Shown: piece after piece, positions 1-9,302 of the stretch | Position numbering within the stretch: the first letter of the stretch is position 1 | Layout of the letters: each line of letters starts with the position of its first letter | Assembly: GCA_964542445.1 (NCBI GenBank) | Contig: CAZITY010000003.1 | Span: forward strand, 21,886-85,885 | DNA from: an uncultured Halobacteriales archaeon | GTDB lineage: Archaea; Halobacteriota; Halobacteria; Halobacteriales; Hikarchaeaceae | DNA: 64,000 bases | Direction of reading: 5' to 3' | Position numbers and translations under genes: made by a program | Notes under the pieces: generated by a model | Told to the model about the DNA's origin: nothing | The model's database searches: none | Seen by the model: the letters and a program-made list of their open reading frames with translations, nothing else

Positions 1-2
1 TA

Positions 3-563
3 AATGCGTCAACAGTTTTGGGTCCAGCGCCGAATGACAAGCGGCAAAGTGGGACGGTGAAAGAAGCGATTCGCCTCGGAGCGGATGCAGTGTCGTTTCA
101 TATCAACGTCGGGAGTAAGTTCGAGCGCGAACAAATTGAGGGGTTGGCAGGTGTGACGGACACCGCGGCTAAATTCGGGATTCCGGTGTTGGCAATGACG
201 TATGCGCGGGGACCGGATATCGATGAAGCGGATGCGGAGACGATCGCGCATGCTGTCCGGTTGGGAGAGGAACTAGGGGCTGATGTGATTAAAACGGCGT
301 ATAGTGGGTCGAGCGAGAGCTTCGAGCAAGTGGCGTCGGCGACGGCGAAACCCGTAGTGATTGCTGGTGGTGAGCCGGACGGTGATTTGGCGACGTTGGA
401 GGCGGTACGTGGCGCAATGGATGCGGGTGGCGCGGGAGTATCGATGGGTCGTTCGATTTTCCAACATGATCATCCTGAAAAAATAACGCGTGCAGTCGCG
501 GACGTGATCCATGATGGATTGCCTGCGAAGGAAGCGCTTGATCGAAACAACCTCACTCCGTAA
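3..563 (+). CDS. 5'-truncated class I (DhnA-type) aldolase-family protein. Most likely the archaeal ADH synthase (2-amino-3,7-dideoxy-D-threo-hept-6-ulosonate synthase, AroA'). A DhnA-type FBP aldolase is the alternative.
   Basis: The ORF is open to the window edge in the frame starting at nt 3. It has the C-terminal DhnA/TIM-barrel aldolase pattern (GADAVSFHINVGS, GADVIKTAY, VIAGG, GGAGVSMGRSIF). DHQ synthase II lies immediately downstream. Confidence 0.6.
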   Translation, partial: NASTVLGPAPNDKRQSGTVKEAIRLGADAVSFHINVGSKFEREQIEGLAGVTDTAAKFGIPVLAMTYARGPDIDEADAETIAHAVRLGEELGADVIKTAYSGSSESFEQVASATAKPVVIAGGEPDGDLATLEAVRGAMDAGGAGVSMGRSIFQHDHPEKITRAVADVIHDGLPAKEALDRNNLTP

Positions 564-628
564 CCGATCGATTTTGTGGAACTACTAGTAAGCGCCATGT
601 TCAAGCCATTCCCTGCCAAGTTTTTGAT

Positions 629-1789
629 ATGAGTCGAAGTGTCTGGTTAAAAGCAGACGATGCGGTTGGTGGTTGGGAGGAACGACGAGATCGTATTACT
701 GCTGGGCTGGAAGCTGGTGTTGATTGGGTGGCTGTCGATGAAGGTGATGTCGAACGGGTTCGGGAACTGGGTGATGTGAACGTTGGTGTGTTTCGATCGG
801 ATGATGTGCAAGTGATTGATGAAGAAGATGAACTCCATGAACAACCAGATGCATACATCGTCGGGAAAGCCGGGGAGGGTGATGGGACGGTTGAGTTACC
901 GAGTGATTTTTCTGGTTCAGCGAGTCTGACAACTGTTCGGCGGGGTCACGCGAACGGGGCATTTGTGAGGATTTTTGATGAATCGTACGAGGCGTTCGCT
1001 GAAGAGCTGGCGCACGAGGCGGAGTACACGATCATCGTTGGTGAGGATTGGGAGATTATCCCGCTTGAAAATCTGATTGCTCGAATCGGCAACGAGACAA
1101 CGTTGATCGCGGGTGTGACATCGGCGGACGAAGCTCGAACTGCGTTTGAAACGCTCGAAATCGGTGCTGATGGCGTATTACTCGATACTGATGATCCAGA
1201 TGAAATCCGCGCGACTGTTTCTGTTCGAGATGATGTGGAGCGAGAGACCCTCGCGTTAACGTGGGGAGAAGTGACGGCGATAGAACGGACTGGGCTTGCG
1301 GATCGTGTTTGTGTCGATACAGGGTCGTTACTTGAGCACGATGAGGGGATGTTGATTGGAAGTATGAGTCGGGGATTGTTTTTCGTGCATGCGGAAACCG
1401 CGGATTCACCGTACGTTGCGTCGCGGCCGTTCCGCGTCAATGCGGGAGCAGTACACGCGTACATTCGAACACCCGGTGGGGGGACCAAGTATTTATCGGA
1501 GTTACAGAGTGGTGATGAGGTCCAAGTCGTCGATTTAGACGGGAATACCCGTGAGGCGATTGTGGGTCGAGTGAAAATCGAGAAGCGACCGATGTTCCGG
1601 GTGGAAATCGAGTACGAGGGTGATCGGATTGAGACACTGTTACAGAACGCGGAAACGATTAAAGTTCCAACGCGCGACGGTCGGACGGCGGTAACTGAAT
1701 TGGAACCGGGTGACGAGATGTTACTATACTACGAGGATACGGCTCGGCATTTCGGCGAAGCTGTTGAAGAATCGATCATTGAAAAATAA
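629..1789 (+). CDS. 3-dehydroquinate synthase II (archaeal-type, AroB')
   Basis: 386-aa acidic protein with ATG start. Length and N-terminal pattern fit the archaeal DHQ synthase II family. It sits between an aldolase-type ADH synthase and aroD. Confidence 0.75.
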   Translation: MSRSVWLKADDAVGGWEERRDRITAGLEAGVDWVAVDEGDVERVRELGDVNVGVFRSDDVQVIDEEDELHEQPDAYIVGKAGEGDGTVELPSDFSGSASLTTVRRGHANGAFVRIFDESYEAFAEELAHEAEYTIIVGEDWEIIPLENLIARIGNETTLIAGVTSADEARTAFETLEIGADGVLLDTDDPDEIRATVSVRDDVERETLALTWGEVTAIERTGLADRVCVDTGSLLEHDEGMLIGSMSRGLFFVHAETADSPYVASRPFRVNAGAVHAYIRTPGGGTKYLSELQSGDEVQVVDLDGNTREAIVGRVKIEKRPMFRVEIEYEGDRIETLLQNAETIKVPTRDGRTAVTELEPGDEMLLYYEDTARHFGEAVEESIIEK

Positions 1790-1815
1790 CTGCGTTCGTG
1801 TAAACGTTGGTTGAT

Positions 1816-2235
1816 TTATGTTTGTTCTGCCGGGTCTAGGTGCATGGTGCACCATGGGCAGAAATCGATGTCGTCGTCGAGTTCTCCACCGCAGTTCGGA
1901 CAGTTATTCGTCGGCTGTTTTGGTTCGGTGGGTTTCAGTGCGAGGATAGCTGCATCGATGGCGTTCAGCATTCTGATTGCTAAGAGAGCGGTGATAGCTT
2001 CGAAAGTGAGGAACTCGCTGGTTCGGAGGAGGACACTTAGCCCCTCGGTTTCGGTGGCTTCAACGAGTTCGACTGGCATTACAAGCATCGCGGCGAGAAT
2101 GGCAATAGCGAACCATGCAAGTGCACGGATCCATTCCCGGAGGTACACGTGGCCTAATCCGGGATAGAGGACACTGAGCCCGATCGCTATAGCCGCGCGT
2201 ACCCACATCACGGTTATACGTAGGTTGGGCCACAT
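1816..2235 (-). CDS. small integral membrane protein with C-terminal zinc ribbon (CPNCG...CPWC)
   Basis: 139 aa with ATG start. There are about three hydrophobic helices followed by a CxxC...CxxC motif. It lies directly downstream of aroD on the same strand. Confidence 0.55.
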   Translation of the reverse strand: MWPNLRITVMWVRAAIAIGLSVLYPGLGHVYLREWIRALAWFAIAILAAMLVMPVELVEATETEGLSVLLRTSEFLTFEAITALLAIRMLNAIDAAILALKPTEPKQPTNNCPNCGGELDDDIDFCPWCTMHLDPAEQT

Positions 2236-2251
2236 GGGTTAATCTTTCCAC

Positions 2252-2944
2252 CTATTCGTGCTCGGAGCGTGGGCGAAGTGATGTAATGAGTTCACGGAGT
2301 TCGGCGAGTTCAAATTGGCCCGGAGCGGTAGCTCCATCGGTTGAGAGGGGTGCATACCCAATTTTCGATCCATATAATGGCGCGAGGACGCGTGAATGCC
2401 GTCCGATTTCCCCCATACTCATCGTCGCTACCGGCTGGTTATTAGATGAATATGCCCAAGTGAGTCCGAGGACCGTAAGGACATCTCCATAGTCGTTAGC
2501 GGTAACACTTAGTTTCGCGATATCTCCCCAGTCACGGGCTTGGTCTAGATGCGTTTCTAGTAGTTGCTTACTCGGGGTTTCCGTAAAATCGTGGCTAGAC
2601 ACGATAATTGTTGTATCGGATTCTCGAGCGATATTGGCTAGTTCTCTGGCGTGTTTTGACTCGTCTAGTGACTGTAATTCGATGTCGATCGCCGTAACTG
2701 CTGGTTGATTGATGGCGTCAGCCAGCGCTGCGTATCGAGCTGGTGACTCGACCGCTTGCCCCCCTTCTGCTTCTACCCGGTTGGTCGCGATAATCGGTAA
2801 ATCACCCGAATAATTTCGTAATGCATCACGAGGTGCGGACGCGAGGTCCATTCTGAATTCGACTGCATCAGCGTTAGCTCGTGCCAATGGTTCCTGGTCG
2901 AGGTCAGTTACCGAGGCAGCGAGGGTGAACGATTCAGTATCCAT
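2252..2944 (-). CDS. aroD: 3-dehydroquinate dehydratase, type I
   Basis: 230 aa with ATG start. Type I DHQase fold pattern, including the conserved Lys/His region (IIVSSHDF). Shikimate-pathway neighbourhood. Confidence 0.75.
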   Translation of the reverse strand: MDTESFTLAASVTDLDQEPLARANADAVEFRMDLASAPRDALRNYSGDLPIIATNRVEAEGGQAVESPARYAALADAINQPAVTAIDIELQSLDESKHARELANIARESDTTIIVSSHDFTETPSKQLLETHLDQARDWGDIAKLSVTANDYGDVLTVLGLTWAYSSNNQPVATMSMGEIGRHSRVLAPLYGSKIGYAPLSTDGATAPGQFELAELRELITSLRPRSEHE

Positions 2945-2999
2945 CCTAGATTCTCGCTACCGGTGACGTACGGGAGTAGTGACTAAATAAGTAGATGGG

Positions 3000-3947
3000 T
3001 TATTGATTGGCTGCTTGTTCGGTTTCAAGTAATTCATGATAGCGGTTCCGGATGGTGACTTCACTAATATCAGCGACCTCACTGACAGCTGATTGGGTGA
3101 CTTTTTCGTTTGTTAATAACGCTGCGGCATAGATTGCCGCGGCAGCGAGCCCGACGGGTGATTTACCGGAATGTACTCCGGTGTTTTTGGCTGTTCTGAG
3201 TAAGTCGTACGCTCGTTGTTCCACCTCTTCGGTTAAGTCGAGGCTTGACGCAAATCGGGGGACGTAGCTCTTTGGGTCAGTGGGTTCAATTTCGAGTGCT
3301 AATTCTCGACTTACGTACCGGTATGTCCGTGCAATTTCGTCTTTTTGAACTCTACTGACGTCCGTCAGTTCGTCTAGGCTCCGAGGGACACCGGCTAAGC
3401 GAGCAGCAGCGTATACGCATGCCGTTGAGACACCTTCGATTGACCGACCAGGGAGTAGTTCGTCATCAAGTGCGCGCCGGTAGATGACGCTTGCTGTTTC
3501 CCGAACTGTTCTTGGTAACCCAAGACCGGAAGCCATCCGCTCAATTTCCCCGAGTGCTTGTTTTAGGTTTCGTTCACGTGAATCTCTGGTTTTATATCGT
3601 TCGTTCCAAGTTCGTAACCGTTGCATTTTCTTGCGTTGCCGGGCGCTCAGGTTGTTGCCGTAGGCATCTTTGTTTCGCCAGTCGATGTTCGTGGATAATC
3701 CCTTATCGTGCATCGTATTCGTTGTTGGCGCTCCTACCCGGCTTTTCTGGGATTTTTCACGAGAGTTGAATGCTCGCCATTCTGGGCCGGGGTCAACGTT
3801 GTCTTCAGCAACGACTAGGCCACACTCTGTACAACAGGTATCGCCTCGTCGTTCGTCAGTTTGGGTATCTCCCCCGCATTCTGGACACGTAATTGTTTCT
3901 TGTTCCGACGTGGAATCTGATTCTCGTTCCGTGATTCTGGAGGTCAT
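3000..3947 (-). CDS. tfb: transcription initiation factor IIB (TFB)
   Basis: 315 aa. N-terminal zinc ribbon CPECGG...CTECG followed by two cyclin-like repeats. ATG start. Confidence 0.9.
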   Translation of the reverse strand: MTSRITERESDSTSEQETITCPECGGDTQTDERRGDTCCTECGLVVAEDNVDPGPEWRAFNSREKSQKSRVGAPTTNTMHDKGLSTNIDWRNKDAYGNNLSARQRKKMQRLRTWNERYKTRDSRERNLKQALGEIERMASGLGLPRTVRETASVIYRRALDDELLPGRSIEGVSTACVYAAARLAGVPRSLDELTDVSRVQKDEIARTYRYVSRELALEIEPTDPKSYVPRFASSLDLTEEVEQRAYDLLRTAKNTGVHSGKSPVGLAAAAIYAAALLTNEKVTQSAVSEVADISEVTIRNRYHELLETEQAANQ

Positions 3948-4047
3948 GGCTACGTTAATTTCAGGGGAGTTCGGGGGAACCTAACTTGTTCGTGAGAGAC
4001 CGGTTGCTGGTTCCCGCAATAAATCCACCGATGTTTAAAAGGGTACA

Positions 4048-5877
4048 TCACCGGCCTGTTGGTGTTTCTTCGGTCCCAGTGTCGGGGGTTTGTTGTTCTT
4101 GGCTTTCGTTGATCGCCGATTGTAACGAGACGTTCAATAATATCATTGAAACCGCACCGCCGATGATTGTCGTGATGTTTTTCACGGCATGATCGAGAAT
4201 CGCTGCTCCAAGCGCCACTGGTATTGTCAAGGGGGTTAGGGCGATGACGAGCAGGGTGAACGCCCCCTCGTACAACCCAATCCCACCGGGGGAAAGCGGG
4301 AGGACTTTCGCGAGGTTCCCCACGCTCACGGCGAAAAAGCACACAACGAGCACGGTGCCAAGAGGTAACCCTGTTGCGAATGCTTGGAGAACGAGGAAGG
4401 CGGTTATGATGTCGATTACCCAAATAATTACGCTAAGAATCCCGATTCGTATGAATACAGACGGATTGGCGGTGACGAGTTGGATGCTCCTGACGAACTC
4501 ATTGATTTTCTCTATCAGGACTCCAGCATATGAATCAGTACTAATGCGATGAATTACGGTTTGAAGGATCTTGCTGTTGGAATTCGCACTAATAACGATG
4601 AGCACTGTAATCCCAATGGAGACGATAGCGACAGTCGCTGCAACAATCACCGCCACACGACCGCTGGCAGCGATAGAACCAACCTCAGTTGTCCCCGGTA
4701 ATGCGAGGCTCCCGCCTGTAAGGCCAATAATACTGAGTGACACTACGCCCGCTAATCCAGTGAGCGCGAGAAGATCATACACCCGTTCAGCTCCGAGCGA
4801 CGCAAAACCAATAGCATACGGAACACCACGTTTGGTTTTCACAATATAGGCGCGGATTGCATCACCGGCTCTGGCCGGGAACACGAGGTTCCCAGTTTGA
4901 CTCGTAAAAACTGCCGCGACTAAGAACCACAGACTACTCGGATACTCAAGTTCTTCAAGGATGTCTTGATATCGGAGTCCTCGTAATGGCCACGAGGTCA
5001 TATACACGAGGCCGGCTAATGCAACGTACAGTGGATCTGCGGATCGCAGTTCGTTGAAAATCGCTTGCGGATCAAGATAGATTGTCATCAACCCGATCGC
5101 AACCATCACGAGTAATAACCCACCGGCGACCGACCGGCGAGGAGTCACCTGTGGTTGGATGATGAGTTCCCACCAGGTTCGAACGAGTTGACTCCCCATC
5201 CCAATGATATCTCGAATGAAGTCAACTGAAGTGTCGTGGTCTGGAGTCCAATCGACTGGGAATTCTTTGATTTCATGTCCTTCTCGTTGCGCTCGAACGA
5301 GCACTTCTGTATCCCAGAACCAATGGTTGTCCTGTACATCCTGGAGTAACTCGAGTATGACCTGTTTGTTGAAGGCTTTGAACCCACATTGATGGTCATG
5401 TAAGTGCGAGCGGAGTAAATGCCGTACAAGCCAATTATATCCCTTACTCAGAATGACTCGTTTGAATGACCGCTTGCTTTCATGCCCGGGAATGAGACGG
5501 CTTCCTGTGGCGATATCAGCCGTTCCTGAATGGACGGCCTCAATTAACGCTTCTAGGTGTTTGAGATCTGTTGATAAGTCGGTGTCAAAGTACGCTACCG
5601 TAGATCCATTTGCGGCTTCAATCGCATGACGTAACGCTTGTCCACGGCCTTGCCGCTCGGCAAAATGAATGTGGCGAACCGATTCGTGCTGGTTTGCGAG
5701 AGTTTCGGCAATCGCTGGGGTATTATCAGTGCAGCCATCTTCGGCGATAATTACTTCATATAATCCCGCAGGGAGAAACCCATCGAGTGCCGCAATCGTC
5801 TGTGTCACCGTCGATTCGAGTGATTCCGCCTCGTTATACGCAGGGAGGACAACACTAACTTCAACTGGTCCACCCAT
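4048..5877 (-). CDS. GT2-family glycosyltransferase (dolichyl-phosphate hexosyltransferase-like) fused to a C-terminal multi-pass membrane domain. AglD-like architecture.
   Basis: 609 aa. The N-terminus carries GT-A motifs (VVLPAYNE, IIAEDGCTD, FDTDL, QCGFK). The C-terminal ~330 aa are strongly hydrophobic with 8 or more predicted TM segments. Confidence 0.75.
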   Translation of the reverse strand: MGGPVEVSVVLPAYNEAESLESTVTQTIAALDGFLPAGLYEVIIAEDGCTDNTPAIAETLANQHESVRHIHFAERQGRGQALRHAIEAANGSTVAYFDTDLSTDLKHLEALIEAVHSGTADIATGSRLIPGHESKRSFKRVILSKGYNWLVRHLLRSHLHDHQCGFKAFNKQVILELLQDVQDNHWFWDTEVLVRAQREGHEIKEFPVDWTPDHDTSVDFIRDIIGMGSQLVRTWWELIIQPQVTPRRSVAGGLLLVMVAIGLMTIYLDPQAIFNELRSADPLYVALAGLVYMTSWPLRGLRYQDILEELEYPSSLWFLVAAVFTSQTGNLVFPARAGDAIRAYIVKTKRGVPYAIGFASLGAERVYDLLALTGLAGVVSLSIIGLTGGSLALPGTTEVGSIAASGRVAVIVAATVAIVSIGITVLIVISANSNSKILQTVIHRISTDSYAGVLIEKINEFVRSIQLVTANPSVFIRIGILSVIIWVIDIITAFLVLQAFATGLPLGTVLVVCFFAVSVGNLAKVLPLSPGGIGLYEGAFTLLVIALTPLTIPVALGAAILDHAVKNITTIIGGAVSMILLNVSLQSAINESQEQQTPDTGTEETPTGR

Positions 5878-6135
5878 CTCAAAGAACTCAACTGGCGGGA
5901 GATATCAACCTTCTGGAGCAGCCCTGGGCAGTAGTGATTTGCATCATCATACTAGGTTTTCACTATCTCCTCAACCCTCTCTTTACTTCTTACACGATTT
6001 TACCAAACATACCAATCCATCCCGCGATTTATCCATGTATTCGACTATTACTAGTTTTCGGCGAATGAAACCCCGATATTCGGTTTTACTACCCGTACCA
6101 AACTCACTAAGGAACTTACAGTCCTGTTCTCCTCT

Positions 6136-6369
6136 ATGAGTGCCGGGTCAACGATAGAACTAACCGAAAAACAACAACGAATCCTCCAGTACCTCCAACG
6201 TCATGCAGATGCAAAGACATACTTTAAGTCTCGTGTCATTGGGAATGAACTTGGGTTGTCCGCCAAAGAAGTTGGCACGAATATGACAGCAATCGCTCAC
6301 GAAAACACAGATATAACGATTGAAAAATGGGGGTACTCTTCAAGTACCACCTGGAAAGTTACCTGCTGA
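6136..6369 (+). CDS. small putative DNA-binding protein (HTH-like), hypothetical
   Basis: 77-aa ORF with ATG start. Helix-turn-helix-like segment (LTEKQQRILQYLQRHA...GNELGLSAKEV). Lies convergent with the next gene. Confidence 0.45.
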   Translation: MSAGSTIELTEKQQRILQYLQRHADAKTYFKSRVIGNELGLSAKEVGTNMTAIAHENTDITIEKWGYSSSTTWKVTC

Positions 6370-6375
6370 TCTACC

Positions 6376-6981
6376 TTAGTTCGCGAGATTGATTAACCCA
6401 GCCGCATCACTCGCAAGCCTCATTGCTTCCGTATCGAACGAATCTGCATTTCGAACGAGTAGTACAAGAATCGTTTCTGGATTCACGAGTTGATACTCGC
6501 TGCCTTCCATAAGTAATCCCGCTTCTCGTAATTCCCTAGTGTATTTACTAATCGTAGATCGCGAAACATCGATTTGGGAGGCTAGAGTGCCTGCTGAAAC
6601 CGACGGATCACGAAGTAACGAAATAATGATTCCACGAGGCGTTTTTCGCCGAAGGTACCCGAGTGCTCGCTGCTCAAACACCGAGAACTCTCCATACTGG
6701 AAATACCGTTTGTATTCCCCATCCCGCCGCGACTCAATAACATCTCGATCAATCAACGTCCGTAAATGATATTGTGTTTCTCCTGTTCCAAGATCAAGAT
6801 CGTCCCGTATCTTACTAAAATGCGCTCCAGGTGTCATCGAGATATACCCAACAATCGCTTCTCTCGTGGTATTCTTCCCACCTGACTCTGATCCAATCAA
6901 TCCAGTGAGGGGTGACAGCGCTCCGACAGCGGCGAAACGCCGCAATGTCGCTCGTTTATCCGTATCCACCCCTCTCGGCAT
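6376..6981 (-). CDS. transcription regulator with two winged-helix/HTH modules and an N-terminal twin-arginine-like motif
   Basis: 201 aa. N-terminal LRRFAAVGALSPLTGLIG resembles a Tat signal. Two HTH-like segments follow (REAIVGYISMTPGAHFSKIRDDL... and AGTLASQIDVSRSTISKYTREL). Confidence 0.6.
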   Translation of the reverse strand: MPRGVDTDKRATLRRFAAVGALSPLTGLIGSESGGKNTTREAIVGYISMTPGAHFSKIRDDLDLGTGETQYHLRTLIDRDVIESRRDGEYKRYFQYGEFSVFEQRALGYLRRKTPRGIIISLLRDPSVSAGTLASQIDVSRSTISKYTRELREAGLLMEGSEYQLVNPETILVLLVRNADSFDTEAMRLASDAAGLINLAN

Positions 6982-7018
6982 AACTCGTAATTCGAGTCCA
7001 CTCCCGAAAACAGTGTCG

Positions 7019-8149
7019 CTACTCTCGCTCTACGTCAAGATCCTCATCGTCCATCTCCTCAATCACTTCATCAGCACTCCGAATATCGTCCACATCACCC
7101 GTCTTAATGGCTTCTGCTTGTTGCTCCATTTCCTCGACGTCCATTTCTGCTGCTTCATCAATTTGCCCGAGAATCTCTTCAATATCATCCAACCCGAGTA
7201 ATTCACGGGTTTCATCGTCGAATTCGAGGCTTTCCAGATCTTCCCCGTCGACCTGCACATCACTCCCCGTTAAATGCTTCCCGTATCGACCAAGTAACGA
7301 TGACAGTTCTTGCGGGAGAATAAACGTTGTACTTTCACCTTGGCCGATACTTTCCAGCGTCTCCATTCCTTTCTCTATCACTGCCCGCTCCCCCATTGAC
7401 TCCGCTGATTTCGCCCGTAACACTGTGGAAATCGCGTCCCCTTGCGCTTCGAGAATCTGGCTTTGTTTTTCTCCTTGCGCTCGAATAATACTCGACTGTT
7501 TGTCTCCTTCTGCCTTTTCGACTGCACTTCGACGCTCCCCTTGTGCCTCCAGAATCATTGCTCGTCGTCGTCGTTCTGCACTCGTCTGTTGCTCCATTGC
7601 CTGCTGGACATCCTTCGATGGATTGACTTCCCTAACTTCGACTGACTCAACTCTGATTCCCCATTCATCAGTCGGTTCATCGAGTTCACGGCGAATTCTC
7701 GCATTAATCTCTTGGCGTTTATTCAACGTGTCATCGAGTTCCATATCACCAAGCACCGCACGGAGTGTTGTTTGTGCCAAGTTAGACACAGCGGTTTTGT
7801 AATCCTCCACTTCAAGGAACGCTTTTTTCGCGTCCATCACCCGAATATACACCACCGCATCGGCCGTCACAGGTGAATTATCCCGAGTAATCGCTTCCTG
7901 ACGTGGAACATCGATTGTCTGGGTCCGCATATCAAACGTGTACGTCCGCGAGACGAACGGCGGAATGAAGTTGATTCCCGGTTTCAATAACCCGCGGTAT
8001 TCACCGAACACGGTGAGTGCTCGCATTTCATACGCATCGACGATCTCGACCATCTGCCACACGGTAACGATCGCAAGAATGAGGATAAGGACGGCCACGA
8101 AAGTAAACGATGATACACCGAGTTGCAATGGGTGCAGTGCGCCGAGCAT
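7019..8149 (-). CDS. SPFH/band-7 (stomatin/prohibitin-like) membrane protein with acidic C-terminal tail
   Basis: N-terminal TM helix, SPFH core (EAITRDNSPVTADAVVYIRV...LRAVLGDMELDDTL), and EAQGE-type repeats. The ATG at 8149 is preferred over the TTG at 8194. It lies directly downstream of the NfeD gene. Confidence 0.8.
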   Translation of the reverse strand: MLGALHPLQLGVSSFTFVAVLILILAIVTVWQMVEIVDAYEMRALTVFGEYRGLLKPGINFIPPFVSRTYTFDMRTQTIDVPRQEAITRDNSPVTADAVVYIRVMDAKKAFLEVEDYKTAVSNLAQTTLRAVLGDMELDDTLNKRQEINARIRRELDEPTDEWGIRVESVEVREVNPSKDVQQAMEQQTSAERRRRAMILEAQGERRSAVEKAEGDKQSSIIRAQGEKQSQILEAQGDAISTVLRAKSAESMGERAVIEKGMETLESIGQGESTTFILPQELSSLLGRYGKHLTGSDVQVDGEDLESLEFDDETRELLGLDDIEEILGQIDEAAEMDVEEMEQQAEAIKTGDVDDIRSADEVIEEMDDEDLDVERE

Positions 8150-8200
8150 AATATGAACTAGACGCAGTGACACGTTGTTAAGCGTTCCCCACAATTCTTG

Positions 8201-8773
8201 TTACTCCTTAGAGTTATGTTCAGATTCTACTGATTTCTCGGTATCGGTAGTACCTTTTCTGCCTTTTGCTAACTCTCGATCAATATCGTCTTCGACCATT
8301 TCGAGCGTTTCGACCGTTACGATATTCCCCCCGCCCGGGTCAATAACAATAACTTCTGTTCCGACAGGAATTGTCCCGTCTGTGCTTCTCGCCGAGTAAT
8401 ACGGATTAAACCCACCGTTGTTTATTTTGACCTCCCCATCCATCTCAGTCACTTCCTCAGTAACTCGGCCAGTATTACCCTTGAGACTATCTGAGGTTGC
8501 TGTTTGGCCTGATCCCTTACCACCATATAAATCTAGTTCCCGATACCCTACGAGAGCGACCGCACCAAATACCAATACAAATACGGCTAATACAAGCGGA
8601 CCAGCAATCAAGGGAAAAATGGACCCGATCGTTAACCCAACAATCCCAGCACCGAGTAACGCCACGCCGAGCACGATAAAATGGGCGCCAGGCGCTATCC
8701 CTTCGGCGATGATGAGGATTATCCCAGTTAACACCAGCCAAAATGCCGGGGATGTACCGAGTCCTGACGCCAT
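8201..8773 (-). CDS. NfeD-family membrane protein (partner of SPFH protein)
   Basis: 190 aa. N-terminal multi-TM region plus C-terminal beta-barrel-like soluble domain. Canonical NfeD-SPFH gene pair on the same strand. Confidence 0.75.
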   Translation of the reverse strand: MASGLGTSPAFWLVLTGIILIIAEGIAPGAHFIVLGVALLGAGIVGLTIGSIFPLIAGPLVLAVFVLVFGAVALVGYRELDLYGGKGSGQTATSDSLKGNTGRVTEEVTEMDGEVKINNGGFNPYYSARSTDGTIPVGTEVIVIDPGGGNIVTVETLEMVEDDIDRELAKGRKGTTDTEKSVESEHNSKE

Positions 8774-9063
8774 ACAACTTCCCTATTAGTAAGCCGATTA
8801 GTTAATCGTTCGTGCTCACTTGACTTCAACGTCGACGCTTCCATTCCCAACTATTGAATTGTCATCCTTGGAATTTCTCCTATTACCCGCCCTACTTTAC
8901 TTTCACCGTGCTTAGCTCGGTTTTAATACCACATCACTCAACAACATAACCAGAGGGTCTAGCCGCCCTCTATGTCACACGCAATTTTCTTTTCCCCATT
9001 TTTGTTCTCTTTTACAACTATCGAAGCTACGCGAAGGTAACGGTACCAATCCACCTTGCTCTT

Positions 9064-9249
9064 TCAGGAAAACAAGAAATATAAGTGAAGAATAACCGCT
9101 AGCATACTCACCACACCCAACATCACGAACACCACGTTTTCGAGGGAGGGATCTCCAGGAAGAACTTGTTTACTACCCATCTCTTTATTGTCTTCTTCCC
9201 TAATTTCGAAAGAACTCATATTTATCTGAATACACTCTCTTAATTCCAA
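9064..9249 (-). CDS. hypothetical small single-TM protein (weak call)
   Basis: 61-aa ORF in AT-rich spacer just downstream of the pyruvate kinase stop. One hydrophobic helix (VVFVMLGVVSMLAVILHLYFLF). No other support. Confidence 0.25.
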   Translation of the reverse strand: MELRECIQINMSSFEIREEDNKEMGSKQVLPGDPSLENVVFVMLGVVSMLAVILHLYFLFS

Positions 9250-9302
9250 TTCCGTATTGTTTCATTCATCGTATTCCATCCGGATAAACGCACAGATATC
9301 CG

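Noticed and set aside
946-1488. 180-aa minus-strand ORF inside the DHQ synthase II gene
   Set aside because: Antisense to a well-supported gene. The composition is Ser/Pro/Thr-rich with no motifs.
7107-7802. 231-aa plus-strand ORF antisense to the SPFH gene
   Set aside because: Ser-rich low-complexity translation typical of the reverse strand of an acidic halophile gene. The SPFH gene on the other strand is unambiguous.
8951-8970. Short hairpin AGAGGG-N8-CCCTCT between the NfeD and pyk genes
   Set aside because: Only a 6-bp stem with no adjacent T-tract. Too weak to call a terminator or regulatory RNA.
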